A stretch of 63,299 nucleotides of DNA, the filler included, from Octopus bimaculoides (lineage: Eukaryota), in NCBI RefSeq assembly GCF_001194135.2. It is 8 parts of 8 records of this genome, joined end to end, with 100 filler letters (N's around TTAATTAATTAA, not from the genome) between each part and the next. Parts side by side here need not be neighbours in the genome. Positions count along the whole stretch, not along the records: positions 38,588 to 47,667 come from NC_068986.1; positions 47,768 to 54,014 come from NC_068987.1; 6 more parts are not named here. One strand, written 5' to 3'. Position 1 is the stretch's first letter. Each line of letters begins with the position of its first letter. This document shows positions 40,010 through 52,515 of the stretch, in pieces. A model generated the notes under the pieces. The model did no database searches, was not told the DNA's origin, and was given only the letters and a program-made list of their open reading frames with translations. A program made the position numbers and the translations under genes.

Positions 40010-41101
40010 TTATTTGTAATCAACTCTGTTATCGTATGGGTCCCAGGACACCAGCAGGAATTTCTTGACATGCAAACAGGGTCTGAAATCTTCCATTCTG
40101 AAGTTCAGGATGTTTCCCAGGCTGAGGGCGTCCTTTAATATTCTCGCCCGTTCAGCTACACACAGTTTACAATGCTTGGTCCCGTTTATATAGGGGCCTG
40201 GATTTTCTAAGATTCTCCATGATGCCATGTGTGAAATTCCTTCATCTTTCAGCTGCCATACACTGCAGGCTAATGATGTAGCATATCTTCTTTCCAGTAT
40301 GCTGAAAGAGGATTTGTGGTTGGAGAAGCATTGCTTGAATGTATTACTGGAGCATCCAATGCATTTCCATGTGCAGGTGTTGGTGATGTATCTGCTGGTG
40401 CTATTGGTATTGTTATTGGCATCGTTGAAGGTGGTGATGGTGATGGTGTTGGTGCTGTTACTACTGGTGTAGGGGACATCAAAGGTGGTGCTGTTGTTGT
40501 TGGTGTTGTGATCATCATTTCTGGTGTTGTTGAAATAGTTGCTGGGGCTATTATGATGGGTGGTGCTGTCACTGTTGTTATAGTTATCATTTTCAATGGT
40601 TCTGCCGCTATTTTTGTTAGGGATAATGCCATTGCTGTCAGTGATGTTGCTGGTGACAGTACTAATTCTGTTTGTATTTCTGCTGCTACGAATATTGGTA
40701 CTGACATACCTGCTACTGTAGTAATTATTGGGGAAGCTGCTGATGCTGTTACTGTTGCTACTAGGGTCAGCCAGTACCTCAGCTTCATAGACGACTCCCT
40801 TGGTTTCGCAATGGCCTCCCACTGGGTATCTGTTGTAGTCCCTGCATGAGCATCTCACCTCTGCCCGTGGTCTAGGGGTGCTAACTAAAATGCTCTTAAT
40901 ATTAGGGGTGCAGCTAAAAGAGACTGTAAGGTTGTGCCTGTTGAAAATGTGTCTGTATCTATGTAAATGTATGAAGTGTTTGTCTACTAGCCTAAGGAAT
41001 ATCCTGCCAACATACGTTTTTATGTTGAGGGAGAAGCAGGGTGCAAACCAAATGATATTTCTGTGATGTATATACGTATGTACGTATGTACGTATATACA
41101 C
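40010..41101 (-). mobile_element. Penelope-like element C-terminal ORF (RT thumb, linker, GIY-YIG endonuclease) with a large Asn/Thr/Ser insertion
   Basis: RNIIWFAPCFS...FNRHNLTVSFSCTPNIKSI, C-x-C...GGHCETKGVVYEA (GIY), KCIG (YIG), FKQCFSNHKSSF, WRIL, CKLCVAE: the layout of PLE GIY-YIG domains. Stop-free for 363 codons. Confidence 0.85.
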
Positions 41102-41163
41102 ACCTTTTTTATATGCTTATTTGTAGTTAACTGTTTCGTACCAACAAGGACAATGGACATTAC

Positions 41164-41198
<35 letters not shown>

Positions 41199-41367
41199 GA
41201 TGATGATGATAATGATGATGATGAATAGTGTTCCACTATTCTTAACAATTTCTTCTTAGAAATCTTTTTGATAACTGAAATTAGTTTTTCTTTTTTTTCT
41301 TTTCTAAATTCACTATGTTCTTTCTTCAGGCTAAAAACAAAATATGTGATTGATTACCAATACTTAC

Positions 41368-43831
41368 AATCCCACGAACTATCAGAGAAACAGATATCCT
41401 GCAGTGTAGATGCATAAAATGATGACAGAGCTGAAGTAAATAAAAGTTTTGTTTTTATGTTTATGCTTGTTTCTACATAAGAAAATATTATACTTACATT
41501 AGTATATTTTAATCCAAACTGTTTTGTTCGTCTCTTATGATTATGAGTGTGTAGAATCAAAGAATTTAGTATTTCATGTAAACTGATGTCTCTTGACACA
41601 TTAGGAATTAGTTTATTATCAGATGATCTGTCATCAATTTTAGTAAACAATATTTGAGGTAAACATTGGAAACTATGTGGTGATTGTTGAGCTACTGTAA
41701 TTTGAAACAAATTTCTGTATTGAAATGGAAGTAATTTCTTTGTATTTATCACTTTTTGAGAATTCAAGTCTTCATCAGATAATGTTTTGATAGAATTTTC
41801 CAAGAACCCTAGTATTGATTGTACATCACTATCTATTAATACTAAGGCGTGATTAACAGGTAATGTTATTGTTTCTGCATTTGTTTTTATTATAACCTCT
41901 GAGTTGCAACTTGTAAGCAGTTGTTTGATATTTGCCAAAATATTTTGGCAGTTTTGTTCCATTTCCTTCAAAAATATACAAATGTTAGAACTTTCAAAAT
42001 TCTGGTCAGATAGTGATGTAATAGATTTTCTTGATGGATAAGTTATACAAGCCTGACTACTAGAGGAAATTGTATTTTTTGTGTTAACAACTATATTGTT
42101 TATTAATTTGATTAAAACTATATACCTGTCAAAATCAATCTTTACTTGTTTCCATATTTGGTTTATATTTATAGTGCCACCATATTCTGGAAAATTATCA
42201 CTATATTGTGGATTAATATGAAAAAGCATCATTGATTTCAGTAATGACTGAAAGATATCAAATCTTACACTTAAGCATCTCTGATTTCCTTCAAAAGAGT
42301 CATATGTAGTTTGAGGAAGGTACCTTGGGAAATTAGATCTGTTCACTGGTAAAATTTTATCTAAACATACCAAATTAGTATAACAATCATCAAAAATATT
42401 TTCAGCTAACGTTTGAAGCAAACAAGGCTTTTCCTTACAAGAAATTAGTTGTTCAACCCATGAAGGAGTAATTGAAAACAAGGAAGTGTTTTCACTAGCA
42501 TTTGATGGTAGCATCACCATTCTGACCGACCTTTTAAGCAAAATAGAATTCGATCTTTTAGATATTTTGAGGTTCCTGATCATTGAAACAGAAATGGAGT
42601 CCTGAACATTTACATTTGAACTGTTTGAAACTAATCTCAAAGAAAGACTTCCAGGTAATTCAGAGAAGTTATTTCTCTCTAATTGATCATCGACAGAATT
42701 TAATTTTTTACTGTGAATAAATGGGAGTTTATATGTGTTGGCTTTTGATATTGTTAAAAACTTTTTTGAAGAAAAGTAATTCTCTGCACAAGGATTCAGT
42801 GGAGATGAGTGATCTGTTAAGGAAGTCCTTATTAGAGAATCATTGGAAATAGGACAAAAAATAGCATGTAGATACTTTTCATGGATTGTAGGATTTCTGG
42901 AATTAACATATAGAGTGAATGATGTCATAGGAGAAGATGCCAATTCCATTTGTGAGATATTATTTTGTCCAGTTCTTGATATCATAACACTTGTTTTAAA
43001 ATTTGATTGGTTGACTCCAGACAAGTTAAGATTTGAAATCAGGTTTTCAAATTTCTTTTTATTTACTGTAGGATTACAATTTGAATAATTTATTGAAGCA
43101 ACAGAACCAAAACTTAAAGTGCTTAAACTTCTTTGAAAATTTACAGAGAACTTATTTCTTTTTGATGAGGATATATTCATTTGTCTCCCCTGGGACAAGA
43201 ATATGCTATTGTTAGAATTATATGAAATTAGAGCATAGTCTGTACAATTTCTTTGAGCAATATTGGTTAATACTGAAGGAACATTATCAAAGTCACCAAT
43301 ATAAGGTTGACTCCTTGAAGAGAAATCAGTCATCTTTTGCTGGCAGTCATCTTTTGCTGGAATGTAAACATCATCTTGTTCAAATGTGACCAAAGGAGTT
43401 TGTTTTGAAATGATTGGCTTAATATTTAAATCTTTTATCAAAGAATTTTTCCTTCTCAAAAATATTGAGACATTAGAAGTGTTAATTGAAGGTAAAGAAT
43501 TATTGTTCATAATATCTGGAAGCTTAATTTCTTTTAGATTAGAAGTAACCATGTAATCCTTTGAAAGTGGCATAAATGCTTTTTCTGAAAAATTTCCTTC
43601 GAAATTAGTGAATGTATCAATACTTGATTCTACAGAATTTTCTCTGCAATGTGAAACATTAGTGTTAGAGTTGGTAGTCATGGTTGTAACTGAAGCGGAT
43701 GATATTTCACCAACATTATCTGATGGAACAATATTGTTTTGACTATCAGAAGCTGTTTGATAGTATTTGTTAAATTCATTTTCTTTTACTGGTTCATCAG
43801 TATCCATGGGAGAAAGAGTGTTGTGTAGTAC
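41368..43831 (-). CDS. Giant internal coding exon (2464 bp, ~821 codons) of an unidentified host gene; Ser/Asn/Thr-rich N-terminal half, more helical-looking C-terminal part
   Basis: The 817-aa stop-free ORF 43807-41354 lies in very AT-rich DNA. It extends in frame upstream (VLHNTLSP-M) to the acceptor ...TTTATTGTTTTAAATTTCAG|G at 43831 (phase 0), with a CTGAC branch-like motif upstream. A perfect donor GATT|GTAAGT lies at 41368 (phase 1), just before the ORF stop. No TE domain recognised. Confidence 0.8.
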
Positions 43832-44174
43832 CTGAAATTTAAAACAATAAAAATATAGTTAAATTAATGCGTCAGTATATGAGAATACAGTCTAATTTTG
43901 GTTTTGACTAAGAGAGGAGGGAAGAGGGGGAGAGAGAAACAGAAAAAGAGAGAGAGAAATGTAGTAAGCAATTAAAGGATTTTAATTAGGGTTCATAGTG
44001 GAATCTTCTTCAAACCCCTCTTTCCATCTCTCAGTCTCTATTTCTATCTATCTCTCTGTTTATATGTCTGTCTCTCCCTCTCTCACATGTTAAACACAAG
44101 TTATATACAGCTTGGAGAGGGCACTTAATTTTAGTAGTTAAGATTATCTTGAAACTGTGTGGCTCTTGACTGAC

Positions 44175-44222
44175 CTGAGATAGAAGTCTGACTCTTAATA
44201 TTTCATCATACATATAGGTATA
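44175..44222 (-). CDS. Small exon YTYMYDEILRVRLLSQ upstream of the giant exon (may start at ATG 44213)
   Basis: Donor CAG|GTCAGT at 44175 in phase 0 matches the phase-0 acceptor at 43831 (343-bp intron). The 5' acceptor (ACACAG|TAT at 44222) is weak, so the 5' boundary is uncertain. Confidence 0.5.
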
Positions 44223-44329
44223 CTGTGTATACCATCACTTTTTCAGTCATTCAGTTCCTTTGTAAACCCCAAACTATCCCTGTAATATTTCCTCAGCTGA
44301 CACCCTAGTTATAGTAATAAAGAATTATT

Positions 44330-44735
44330 ATTATTATATTTTGTAAAACTCATGTTTTGTCAGAACTTCCAGAATATTTTGGATGAGTAGCAGGCTTGCT
44401 ACCTGCAGCCTGCAGTACCATGCTTTTTGTTCTCTTCAACTAACTTATATTTTCCTAATGATTCTAGCCATGCCAAGGATACAAACTTTTTGTAACAGCT
44501 CTACCAGACACACTATTCCCATTTCCTTTATGTTCCTCTTACTATATTTTGATACTGTCCCCAACTATAACTGGCACTATCTTCACCTTTTTCAAATTTG
44601 TGAGCCACATCTCACAGTTTTTGATGATTAGCTTATCAATTAATTCTAATCTTCTGTTCCCCAGCTCCTCTTTCAGTACCCTTATTACTATTATGTCTCC
44701 CTCATCTATGCCCCAGTGGCAAATAAAAGAATTAT
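44330..44735 (-). mobile_element. Degraded R4/Dong-type LINE 3' end
   Basis: MWLTNLKKVKIVPVIVG...ELLQKVCILGMARIIRKI-stop-like C-terminus; (TAA)n at both ends. Confidence 0.6.
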
Positions 44736-44751
44736 TAGTATTATTATTATT

Positions 44752-45236
44752 GAGTGAGAGAGCATTGCATGCCATCAAAGTGATACTGGAGTATAAATAC
44801 ATGAAGCCCAATATACCCATCTTGATTACTCATCTAATAAGAGTACATCAGGCATATACATCACAACCATATGTGGTGTGACAAGGAGATTTGATATCAA
44901 GATAAACAGCTCATGACCTTGCAGGTGGAGCCCAGTTAGAATTTTCTTTGGGTCGAGTAGCCCATTCCACTCAAAAGGTTCTTGAATAAGGGTTGTTTAA
45001 CCCTTTCGTTACCAACCCAGTTGAAACCGGCTCTGGCTGAGTACAAATGTCTTGTTTTCATAAGTTTTGAGTTAAAATCTTCCACCAAACCTTAGTCACA
45101 ATTTGTATCCCTAACACTAGTTGAATGATAACTAAGTTATATTACTAAATTCTTTGTTATATTTGAAGTAAATGAAAGAAACAGCATCTCAAAATAAATA
45201 CAGTGACAAGAGGGTTAAGGATGATGAACAAAACAC
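44752..45236 (-). mobile_element. Same interspersed repeat, copy 2, interrupted by the TTAA MITE
   Basis: Direct alignment to 23486-23760; flanked by (TTA)n on both sides. Confidence 0.65.
45001..45214. mobile_element. 214-bp piggyBac-type MITE with TTAA target-site duplication
   Basis: TTAA (44997-45000) | CCCTTTCGTTAC...GTGACAAGAGGG | TTAA (45215-45218). The host repeat copy near 23727-23750 shows the empty site GTTGTTTAAGGATG. Confidence 0.85.
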
Positions 45237-45239
45237 TAT

Positions 45240-45372
45240 TATTATTATTATTATTATTATTACTGTTATTCATAGTGTGCACAATTATTAGTACTAGTTT
45301 TATTATTATTATTATTATTATTACTGTTATTCATAGTGTGCACAATTATTAGTACTAGTTTTATTATTATTA
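45240..45372. repeat. ~61-bp tandem duplication ((TAT)n-CTGTTATTCATAGTGTGCACAATTATTAGTACTAGTTT) x2
   Basis: Identical unique cores at 45263-45300 and 45324-45361. Confidence 0.85.
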
Positions 45373-45409
45373 TTACTATTATTATTATTATTAGTAGTAG
45401 TAGTATTGT

Positions 45410-45605
45410 TAAGGTGGTAGATCATAAGCATGCCAGACAAAATGCTTAATGGCTTTTCATCCATCTATATGTTCTAAGTTCAAATTTTGCTGGGGTCAAC
45501 TTACTTTTCATCCTTTCAAGGTTGATAAAATAAGTAGCAGATGAACACTGGGCTTGGTGTAATCGACCAGCGCTTCCAACAAAATTTCAGACTTTATTCC
45601 TATTG
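45410..45605 (+). mobile_element. SINE, same family as 14837
   Basis: AAATGCTTA...GTTCTAAGTTCAAATT...GGGGTCAAC...TTTCATCCTTTC...GATAAAATAAGTA.CAG. Confidence 0.55.
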
Positions 45606-46356
45606 TAGGAAAAATTCTTATTGCTGTTGTTTATCACCTGGACTAGACATGTTAGGAGCACTCTGTGAGTTATTGACTTATTTGCATTGTCATTAGTCTT
45701 TCTTTTTTTTGTTTCATCTTTTGTTGTATAGTGTGTCATATTTTGAGCAGACCATAAGGGACTCAGCAAAAGTTATTGTCATTTGCCCCAAGATTTTCTT
45801 TTTGAAAAAGTGTTTAAAAATTCACTATGGTGGAGTCTATTTCATCAAACAGAGAAAAAAAGGATGGTGGGAAGTAGTTTTGAAGCTGAAATTAGCTTTC
45901 ACAATCACTCTTCCCTGGTTTATCTAACAAACATGGAAAGAGGTAGCAATAGCAGAACCAACAGAAACAACAACAACATAACCACCATCAATACTGACAG
46001 AAACAAAATAAAAAAACATGAAAACAACAGCACCAATGCCATCACAAAAGCCAACCAAAGCAACAACAATTAACAAGAAAATCAGGAAAATAAAAAACAG
46101 AAATTCTTCACATGTGCATATTCAACCAGTGTACACCACCACTACCACCATAAATGCCAATACAGTTGCGGAAAACAACAAAAAACCACAAATCAAGTGT
46201 TAACAGTTTCACTGCTGCAGTTCATTGAACACAAGAAAATGTAAAGCTGTCAATGGATGATTTAAAAAATGCAAGAAGCATATTAAAAAAATGGAAGAAG
46301 ATTTACTCTCAACACTCCTGAAGCCATTGTACAAGAGACTCAGAAAAACAAATGCA

Positions 46357-46988
46357 TCCACATTTTGCTAATTTCTATTTCAAGATCTTTATATTTGCTC
46401 AGTTTTTGGTAGGTCTTGACAGATACGTTTATATCGATTGGGACAGTCATATCAATGAGAAGGCATGATTTTTGTCTGAAGTCTTTCAGTATGATGTCTG
46501 GCCTATTTGCATCTATCTTTCTGTCAGTTTGAATGGTGAAGTTCCAGAGGAGTGCAATGTGATCATTTTCAAGTACTGGGGGTGGTTTGTGTTCCCACCA
46601 GTTTTTATTATGGGGCAAGTCCAGGTTTTTGAAAATTACCTAGTGAATATATTGTGCAGCTCTATCATGCCTGTTGAGNNNNNNNNNNNNNNNNNNNNNN
46701 NNNNNNNNNNNNNNNNNNNNNNNNNNNNNNNNNNNNNNNNNNNNNNNNNNNNNNNNNNNNNNNNNNNNNNNNNNNNNNNNNNNNNNNNNNNNNNNNNNNN
46801 NNNNNNNNNNNNNNNNNNNNNNNNNNNNNNNNNNNNNNNNNNNNNNNNNNNNNNNNNNNNNNNNNNNNNNNNNNNNNNNNNNNNNNNNNNNNNNNATGTT
46901 GGCCTGGTAGTTCTTTGTAGGTAGGGATTGATCTTGGGCCGATATGATAAACCCCTCTGTTTCTGATTTCAAGCCAGAGGCCATTAGC

Positions 46989-46990
<2 letters not shown>
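46357..46990 (-). mobile_element. R4/Dong-type (RLE) non-LTR retrotransposon C-terminal fragment
   Basis: LKSETEGFIISAQDQSLPT, RHDRAAQYIH, WWEHKPPPVLEN, LWNFTIQTD, NRPDIILKD...LLIDMTVP, KLSKYKDL (PD..D restriction-like endonuclease); preceded on its 5' side by (AAT)n. Confidence 0.85.
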
Positions 46991-47028
<38 letters not shown>

Positions 47029-47337
47029 GAATACTGTCTATACATGTTAAGAATAATATGCAAATATTCATTTCGGATTTTGGTGTGCATGGTGCAAATA
47101 ACAATTCAATTATTTATTACGTGGCAGATATAAATAACGATTAGTATACAATTTGTTCATTGAAAGTATAAACAAAGGCAGTGGCTTTGCTTAGTCTCAG
47201 AGCTCCGACTACTTCTGGTTGATGTGACAACTTGTTGCAACACTGGTGTCCCAGAATGCCATGCACCAATGAGATGAGTGTGTTGAATATACTGTTGTTG
47301 TAAAAGGGAGAAACCATTCTCCTAAGACATCCACTAC

Positions 47338-47667
47338 ATCATCATCATCATCATCATCGTTTAACGTCCGCCTTCCATGCTAGCATGGGTTGGACGATTT
47401 GACTGAGGACTGGTGAAACCGGATGGCCACACCAGGCTCCAATCTAATTTGGCAGAGTTTCTACAGCTGGATGCCCTTCCTAACGCCAACCACTCAGAGA
47501 GTGTAGTGGGTGCTTTTACGTATCACCCGCACGAAAACGGCCACGCTCGAAATGGTGTCTTTTATGTGCCACCCGCACAAGAGCCAGTCCATGGGCACTG
47601 GCAACGATCTCGCACGAAAGATATCATGTGTCGCCCGCACATGAGCCAGTCCAGGGGCACTGGCAAC
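47338..47667 (-). mobile_element. 5'-truncated copy of the RTE 3' UTR/tail (same family as 34880-35058)
   Basis: Reverse complement matches GAGTGGTTGGC.TTAGGAAGGGCATCC...GCTAGCATGGAA.GCGGACGTTAAAC(GAT)n. Confidence 0.8.
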
Positions 47668-47909
47668 NNNNNNNNNNNNNNNNNNNNNNNNNNNNNNNNN
47701 NNNNNNNNNNNTTAATTAATTAANNNNNNNNNNNNNNNNNNNNNNNNNNNNNNNNNNNNNNNNNNNNAACGCTTGGGAATAGAGAAAGTCTTTAACGTTT
47801 CGAGCTACGCTCTTCAACTAAAAGGAACACAAAGAAATAAGGAGAAAAACAAGGATAAAAAAAATAAATGTAGTGGTCAGCCATCTATCATGGCGAATGC
47901 CGGTCAGAC

Positions 47910-47978
<69 letters not shown>

Positions 47979-48360
47979 GGTCTGTCTGTCTGTTTATCTA
48001 TCTATCCATCTATCTATGTCTGTCAGTTTCTAACTATCTATCTGTATATCTGTCTGCCTGTCTATCTGTCTATCCATCGATCTATGTATCTGTAGGTTTG
48101 TCTATCTGGCTATCAATATATCTCTCAATATTTGTCTGCCTCTTTGTCACCATGTCTCTACCTGTCTCTCTTTGTCTATCTATCTACTGCAGTATCAAAG
48201 TGCTCTTACAATGCATTCCCATTAAGTAGGATATGCATTTGCGTTCAGACTCAATGAAGCATTTCTGTGCATTTTTTTACTCAGTCAATGTATTGACGAT
48301 GAATTCAAACGGATTTTAGACTAATGTTAATATACGTGCAATTTATATATATATATTTTA

Positions 48361-48591
48361 ATATTTTGTGTTCTTTTTCGACTGACATTCTCATGACAAC
48401 TGCATATTACAGATAATTTTCACACTGGAAGAAGATATAATTGAGTGTTTCAGAGGTTCGTATTACAACTACGTCTTTCTTTGTTTTATTTCAGTATGCG
48501 ATAATTTGGTTAAGTGCCTTCAGCCACAATCTCTAGTTGTTGGATGACTTGTACGTAAAATAAACTCCAGTGAAATTGTCTAAAGCGTATG

Positions 48592-48626
<35 letters not shown>

Positions 48627-49322
48627 NNNNNNNNNNNNNNNNNNNNNNNNNNNNNNNNNNNNNNNNNNNNNNNNNNNNNNNNNNNNNNNNNNNNNNNNNN
48701 NNNNNNNNNNNNNNNNNNNNNNNNNNNNNNNNNNNNNNNNNNNNNNNNNNNNNNNNNNNNNNNNNNNNNNNNNNNNNNNNNNNNNNNNNNNNNNNNNNNN
48801 NNNNNNNNNNNNNNNNNNNNNNNNNNNNNNNNNNNNNNNNNNNNNNNNNNNNNNNNNNNNNNNNNNNNNNNNNNNNNNNNNNNNNNNNNNNNNNNNNNNN
48901 NNNNNNNNNNNNNNNNNNNNNNNNNNNNNNNNNNNNNNNNNNNNNNNNNNNNNNNNNNNNNNNNNNNNNNNNNNNNNNNNNNNNNNNNNNNNNNNNNNNN
49001 NNNNNNNNNNNNNNNNNNNNNNNNNNNNNNNNNNNNNNNNNNNNNNNNNNNNNNNNNNNNNNNNNNNNNNNNNNNNNNNNNNNNNNNNNNNNNNNNNNNN
49101 NNNNNNNNNNNNNNNNNNNNNNNNNNNNNNNNNNNNNNNNNNNNNNNNNNNNNNNNNNNNNNNNNNNNNNNNNNNNNNNNNNNNNNNNNNNNNNNNNNNN
49201 NNNNNNNNNNNNNNNNNNNNNNNNNNNNNNNNNNNNNNNNNNNNNNNNNNNNNNNNNNNNNNNNNNNNNNNNNNNNNNNNNNNNNNNNNNNNNNNNNNNN
49301 NNNNNNNNNNNNNNNNNNNNNN

Positions 49323-49379
<57 letters not shown>

Positions 49380-50161
49380 TCTGATATGCGCGTGTATCAA
49401 TATATCTACGCATGCATGTATGTATATACATGCATGCATACATACATAATTACATACATACATATATACATACATACATACGTACATTCATACATATATA
49501 CATATATACAAATATAACCTTTTGATGATGTTGAAATTCCAATGACAGTGCTTTGGATCTAGGCTAGAAACCGACTCTTTCTCTATTGACAAGAATTCTA
49601 GAAATAAAACTGAATAATGACACACACACGCAGGCACACACACACACACGCGCACACACACATATATATATATATGATTTACAAAGATTTGCAAATAAAC
49701 ATATACACATAGACTACTATGTACATGTGTATTTATGTCTGGGAAAATTATATACTTTCTGTGCCTTCGTATACCGTACTTAACAAAAAATATGGATGAT
49801 TTATCCGTGTAATTACCGGCCTCTATATAACCGAATAAATACTTTCAAGACTGTGTTCCAATGTGACTATAGCCTAACAACTAAAGCTACAAAAAAAAAA
49901 ATAATAGTATTTCGGAGAATTTTGCACGATCAGTTATTATATTGCTGTTGTAGTTCTGGCTCAGTCACAAGTCGGCTTTGATAGAGAAGAATATTTCGAA
50001 ATAATTCCATCTGTGATCATCTGCTAGGATTATATCAGTGTCGAATGGACCTTGTTTAGCGGTCCTCTCTTTATATAATAGGGTATCGTTCTTAATGTAG
50101 GTAAATTAACCATTATTAATGTTGTTCATATAACGATCAATAATATTTTGTCCGACACAGT

Positions 50162-50229
<68 letters not shown>

Positions 50230-50986
50230 TTTGAAACCACTGATAGCATTATGCTATGTCCGAGCCGGAATTAAACATTTGAATGTAAGCTAACGAATGA
50301 ATGGGTTACTGAACATCAACTTGTTTCTCTTTTGCACGGTATATAGTTCCAAGAAAATAATTGCAATGCGGTGTAAAGATCAATAAATTTACACTGCATC
50401 GATGGTAGAACTGTCAGCTTAAAGGCTGAAACCTTGTCCTCACGGTCATAAACTTGCTTTATTGAACAGAATATATTGAAGGAAAAGATACGATCGAATT
50501 AACATATAGTAAACAAACGTGATGTTTCTTAACCATTTCTTGCTGGTCAGTGACTTCGGATAACTGGCTGTTTGCCACACATACTAAATGTAACTCAGAA
50601 ACATTTATGATTCATGACTGGAGCATATTTTTTATAGAAGCATTCTACAGATGAAGGAATTTTAAATCTTGTTCGTAGTCTGACGTTATGATTAATTTAG
50701 CAAGTATATTTCTAAGTATATATTTAGTCAAAATTTCATCAACCTAACTTCCAAAGTCATAACATCAAAGAGTAAAGCAGTTCTGGAGATTTCTAAAATA
50801 TGTAAATTAGTTTATCGCTTGAGACTTTTATCAACATATATACATAAAACAATAAAATGAGTCACAAAACATTGTTAAAGAAAAATATTTATGTGTTAGT
50901 TTTCGACTGACATTTTCATGACAACTGTATATTACAGACAATTTGCACATTGGAAGAAGGTATAATTGTGTGTTTTAGAGGTTCGT
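48361..50986 (+). repeat. Dispersed ~100-bp direct repeat (48361-48461 and 50884-50986)
   Basis: TTTTCGACTGACATT.TCATGACAACTG.ATATTACAGA.AATTT.CACA.TGGAAGAAG.TATAATTG.GTGTTT.AGAGGTTCGT in both copies. Confidence 0.75.
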
Positions 50987-51272
50987 TTCACTTTCAATAT
51001 GGTTTTAACGATGTAGGTTAATATGTAAACTAAGACAACGCTGTTCATGTAAATCTATAACCAAAAACATTAAACCATATCCATCCTGATTCTATCTCAC
51101 GTATAATGTAGCTTGGTATTTACTGTACTTGATATCCTGTCGAAATAATTCGTACAAGATCTCTTATTAGTTCGTGTAACGTATGCCATATATAAAGCCA
51201 GAGATGAGATCTAAATCCCCGTGCTTACATATCGAATGTATTCCAGTAATGACCACACTGTCTTTACTTCAG

Positions 51273-51378
51273 GAAGTACGACGAGACTTATTTGAAGCAT
51301 TGCATCTATTTCTTTTCCGATGGAAAGCTTATGATTTCAGGAAGCGATTTGGCAACTTTGGGTAACTTGGACGATCAA
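51273..51378 (+). CDS. Candidate plus-strand exon KYDETYLKHCIYFFSDGKLMISGSDLATLGNLDDQ (weakly WD40-repeat-like)
   Basis: Acceptor CTGTCTTTACTTCAG|G; donor CAA|GTAGAG (weak); FSDGKLMISGSD resembles the WD40 F-S-x-D-G-x-x-x-x-S-G-S-x-D strand motif by eye only. Confidence 0.3.
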
Positions 51379-51555
51379 GTAGAGATCGTTGCAAATATCA
51401 TATATAGAGGACTTCATTGATGTAACTCTAGTTATTTGTAGGAAAATGTCAGCTTTTTAATTAATTCTCTTGGGAAACGTTAGAAGATATCCAGTTTATG
51501 TACAACAGGAAAAAAAGCGCGAGCCTAAGCTAATGAGTTTCCTTTATCTGCATAG

Positions 51556-51737
51556 TGTAATATGACGGGGTTATTGAGGAACAACTTCCAATTTAATTGT
51601 GATGAATTTCAAAATGCGAACATATCCATATCAAACGTCATGGGATATATGGAATGGAATCCACGCTATATAAAAAAAGGGGAAAAAAGTCCTTCCAAAA
51701 GCTCAGCATCTCACGGAAGGAGTTTCCTGAGCGGAAG
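51556..51737 (+). CDS. Candidate plus-strand exon CNMTGLLRNNFQFNCDEFQNANISISNVMGYMEWNPRYIKKGEKSPSKSSASHGRSFLSG
   Basis: CTAAT branch motif plus TTTCCTTTATCTGCATAG| acceptor; donor GAAG|GTATAA; only the phase-0 frame is open, matching the preceding candidate exon. Confidence 0.35.
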
Positions 51738-52331
51738 GTATAACTGTAGCGAATTTGATTTGAATATAAACAGTTTAACACATTGCTTACACTTAACTTA
51801 CATCTTGCCCAGGAGTGCTAAATTTTGAAAGGCTTTTTGATACTTTGAATTAAGCACATTATGTATCGATAAACAAGGCAGTGAGATTTGACATTCATAT
51901 TATTGCAAGAGTTTTAATTGCTTAGATACAGCAAAAACCTCTTAACAGGGATTAATGGCTACATAGCACTCACCGTCTTTATTTATTTTCGGAACAGTGA
52001 TATTTGCTGTTATCAAACAAATACTGCTTCCAATTCTTTCTTACAGAAATCCGATATTACGAGGAAGGTTAAATAGAAAAATATTCTCATTTGTTCAATT
52101 TTAAGGAAATGACTTGCGTTTGTAAAACAAACTTGACTCACTGAAGCGGCTCAAAGGTAGATGCTATCTGATAATTGAAATTCACTCTCAATAATATTTT
52201 CAAGAAGAGTAGATGTTAAGATATGAAAAAAACAAAAAAGCAAAAAAAAAAAATCTAAATTCCGTTTGGATGTTTTCAAAATAATGGGAAATTTTTATCA
52301 TCGACTATATTTCCGTAACTGAAAACTTACT

Positions 52332-52515
52332 AGAGCAATGCTGAGTCCGACAGGCTAATGACCGTTACTAATGTTACTAATTTTGTGTTCCGCCAAGGTC
52401 GACTGTGCCTTTCATCCATTCTCGGTCGATAAAATATGTACCATCTGAAGCTGGGGTTAATGTAATCGACTTATGCCTTCTGAACTCAATAGACTTTTCC
52501 CAAAATTTGAAATGA
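52332..52515 (+). mobile_element. Degraded SINE, same family as 14837
   Basis: TTCCGCCAAGGTCGACTGTGCCTTTCATCC...GGTCGATAAAATATGTACCA...TGTAATCGACTTA. Confidence 0.5.

Noticed and set aside
40270-40849. Overlapping mucin-like (172 aa, minus) and Val/Gly-rich (177 aa, plus) ORFs
   Set aside because: Shadow frames of the degenerate triplet-repeat insertion in the Penelope ORF; repeats of this kind rarely contain stops.
41354-43807. 817-aa ORF as a stand-alone intronless gene or viral insert
   Set aside because: In-frame acceptor 24 nt upstream of the ATG and a GTAAGT donor just before the stop indicate an internal exon; no viral or TE motifs seen.
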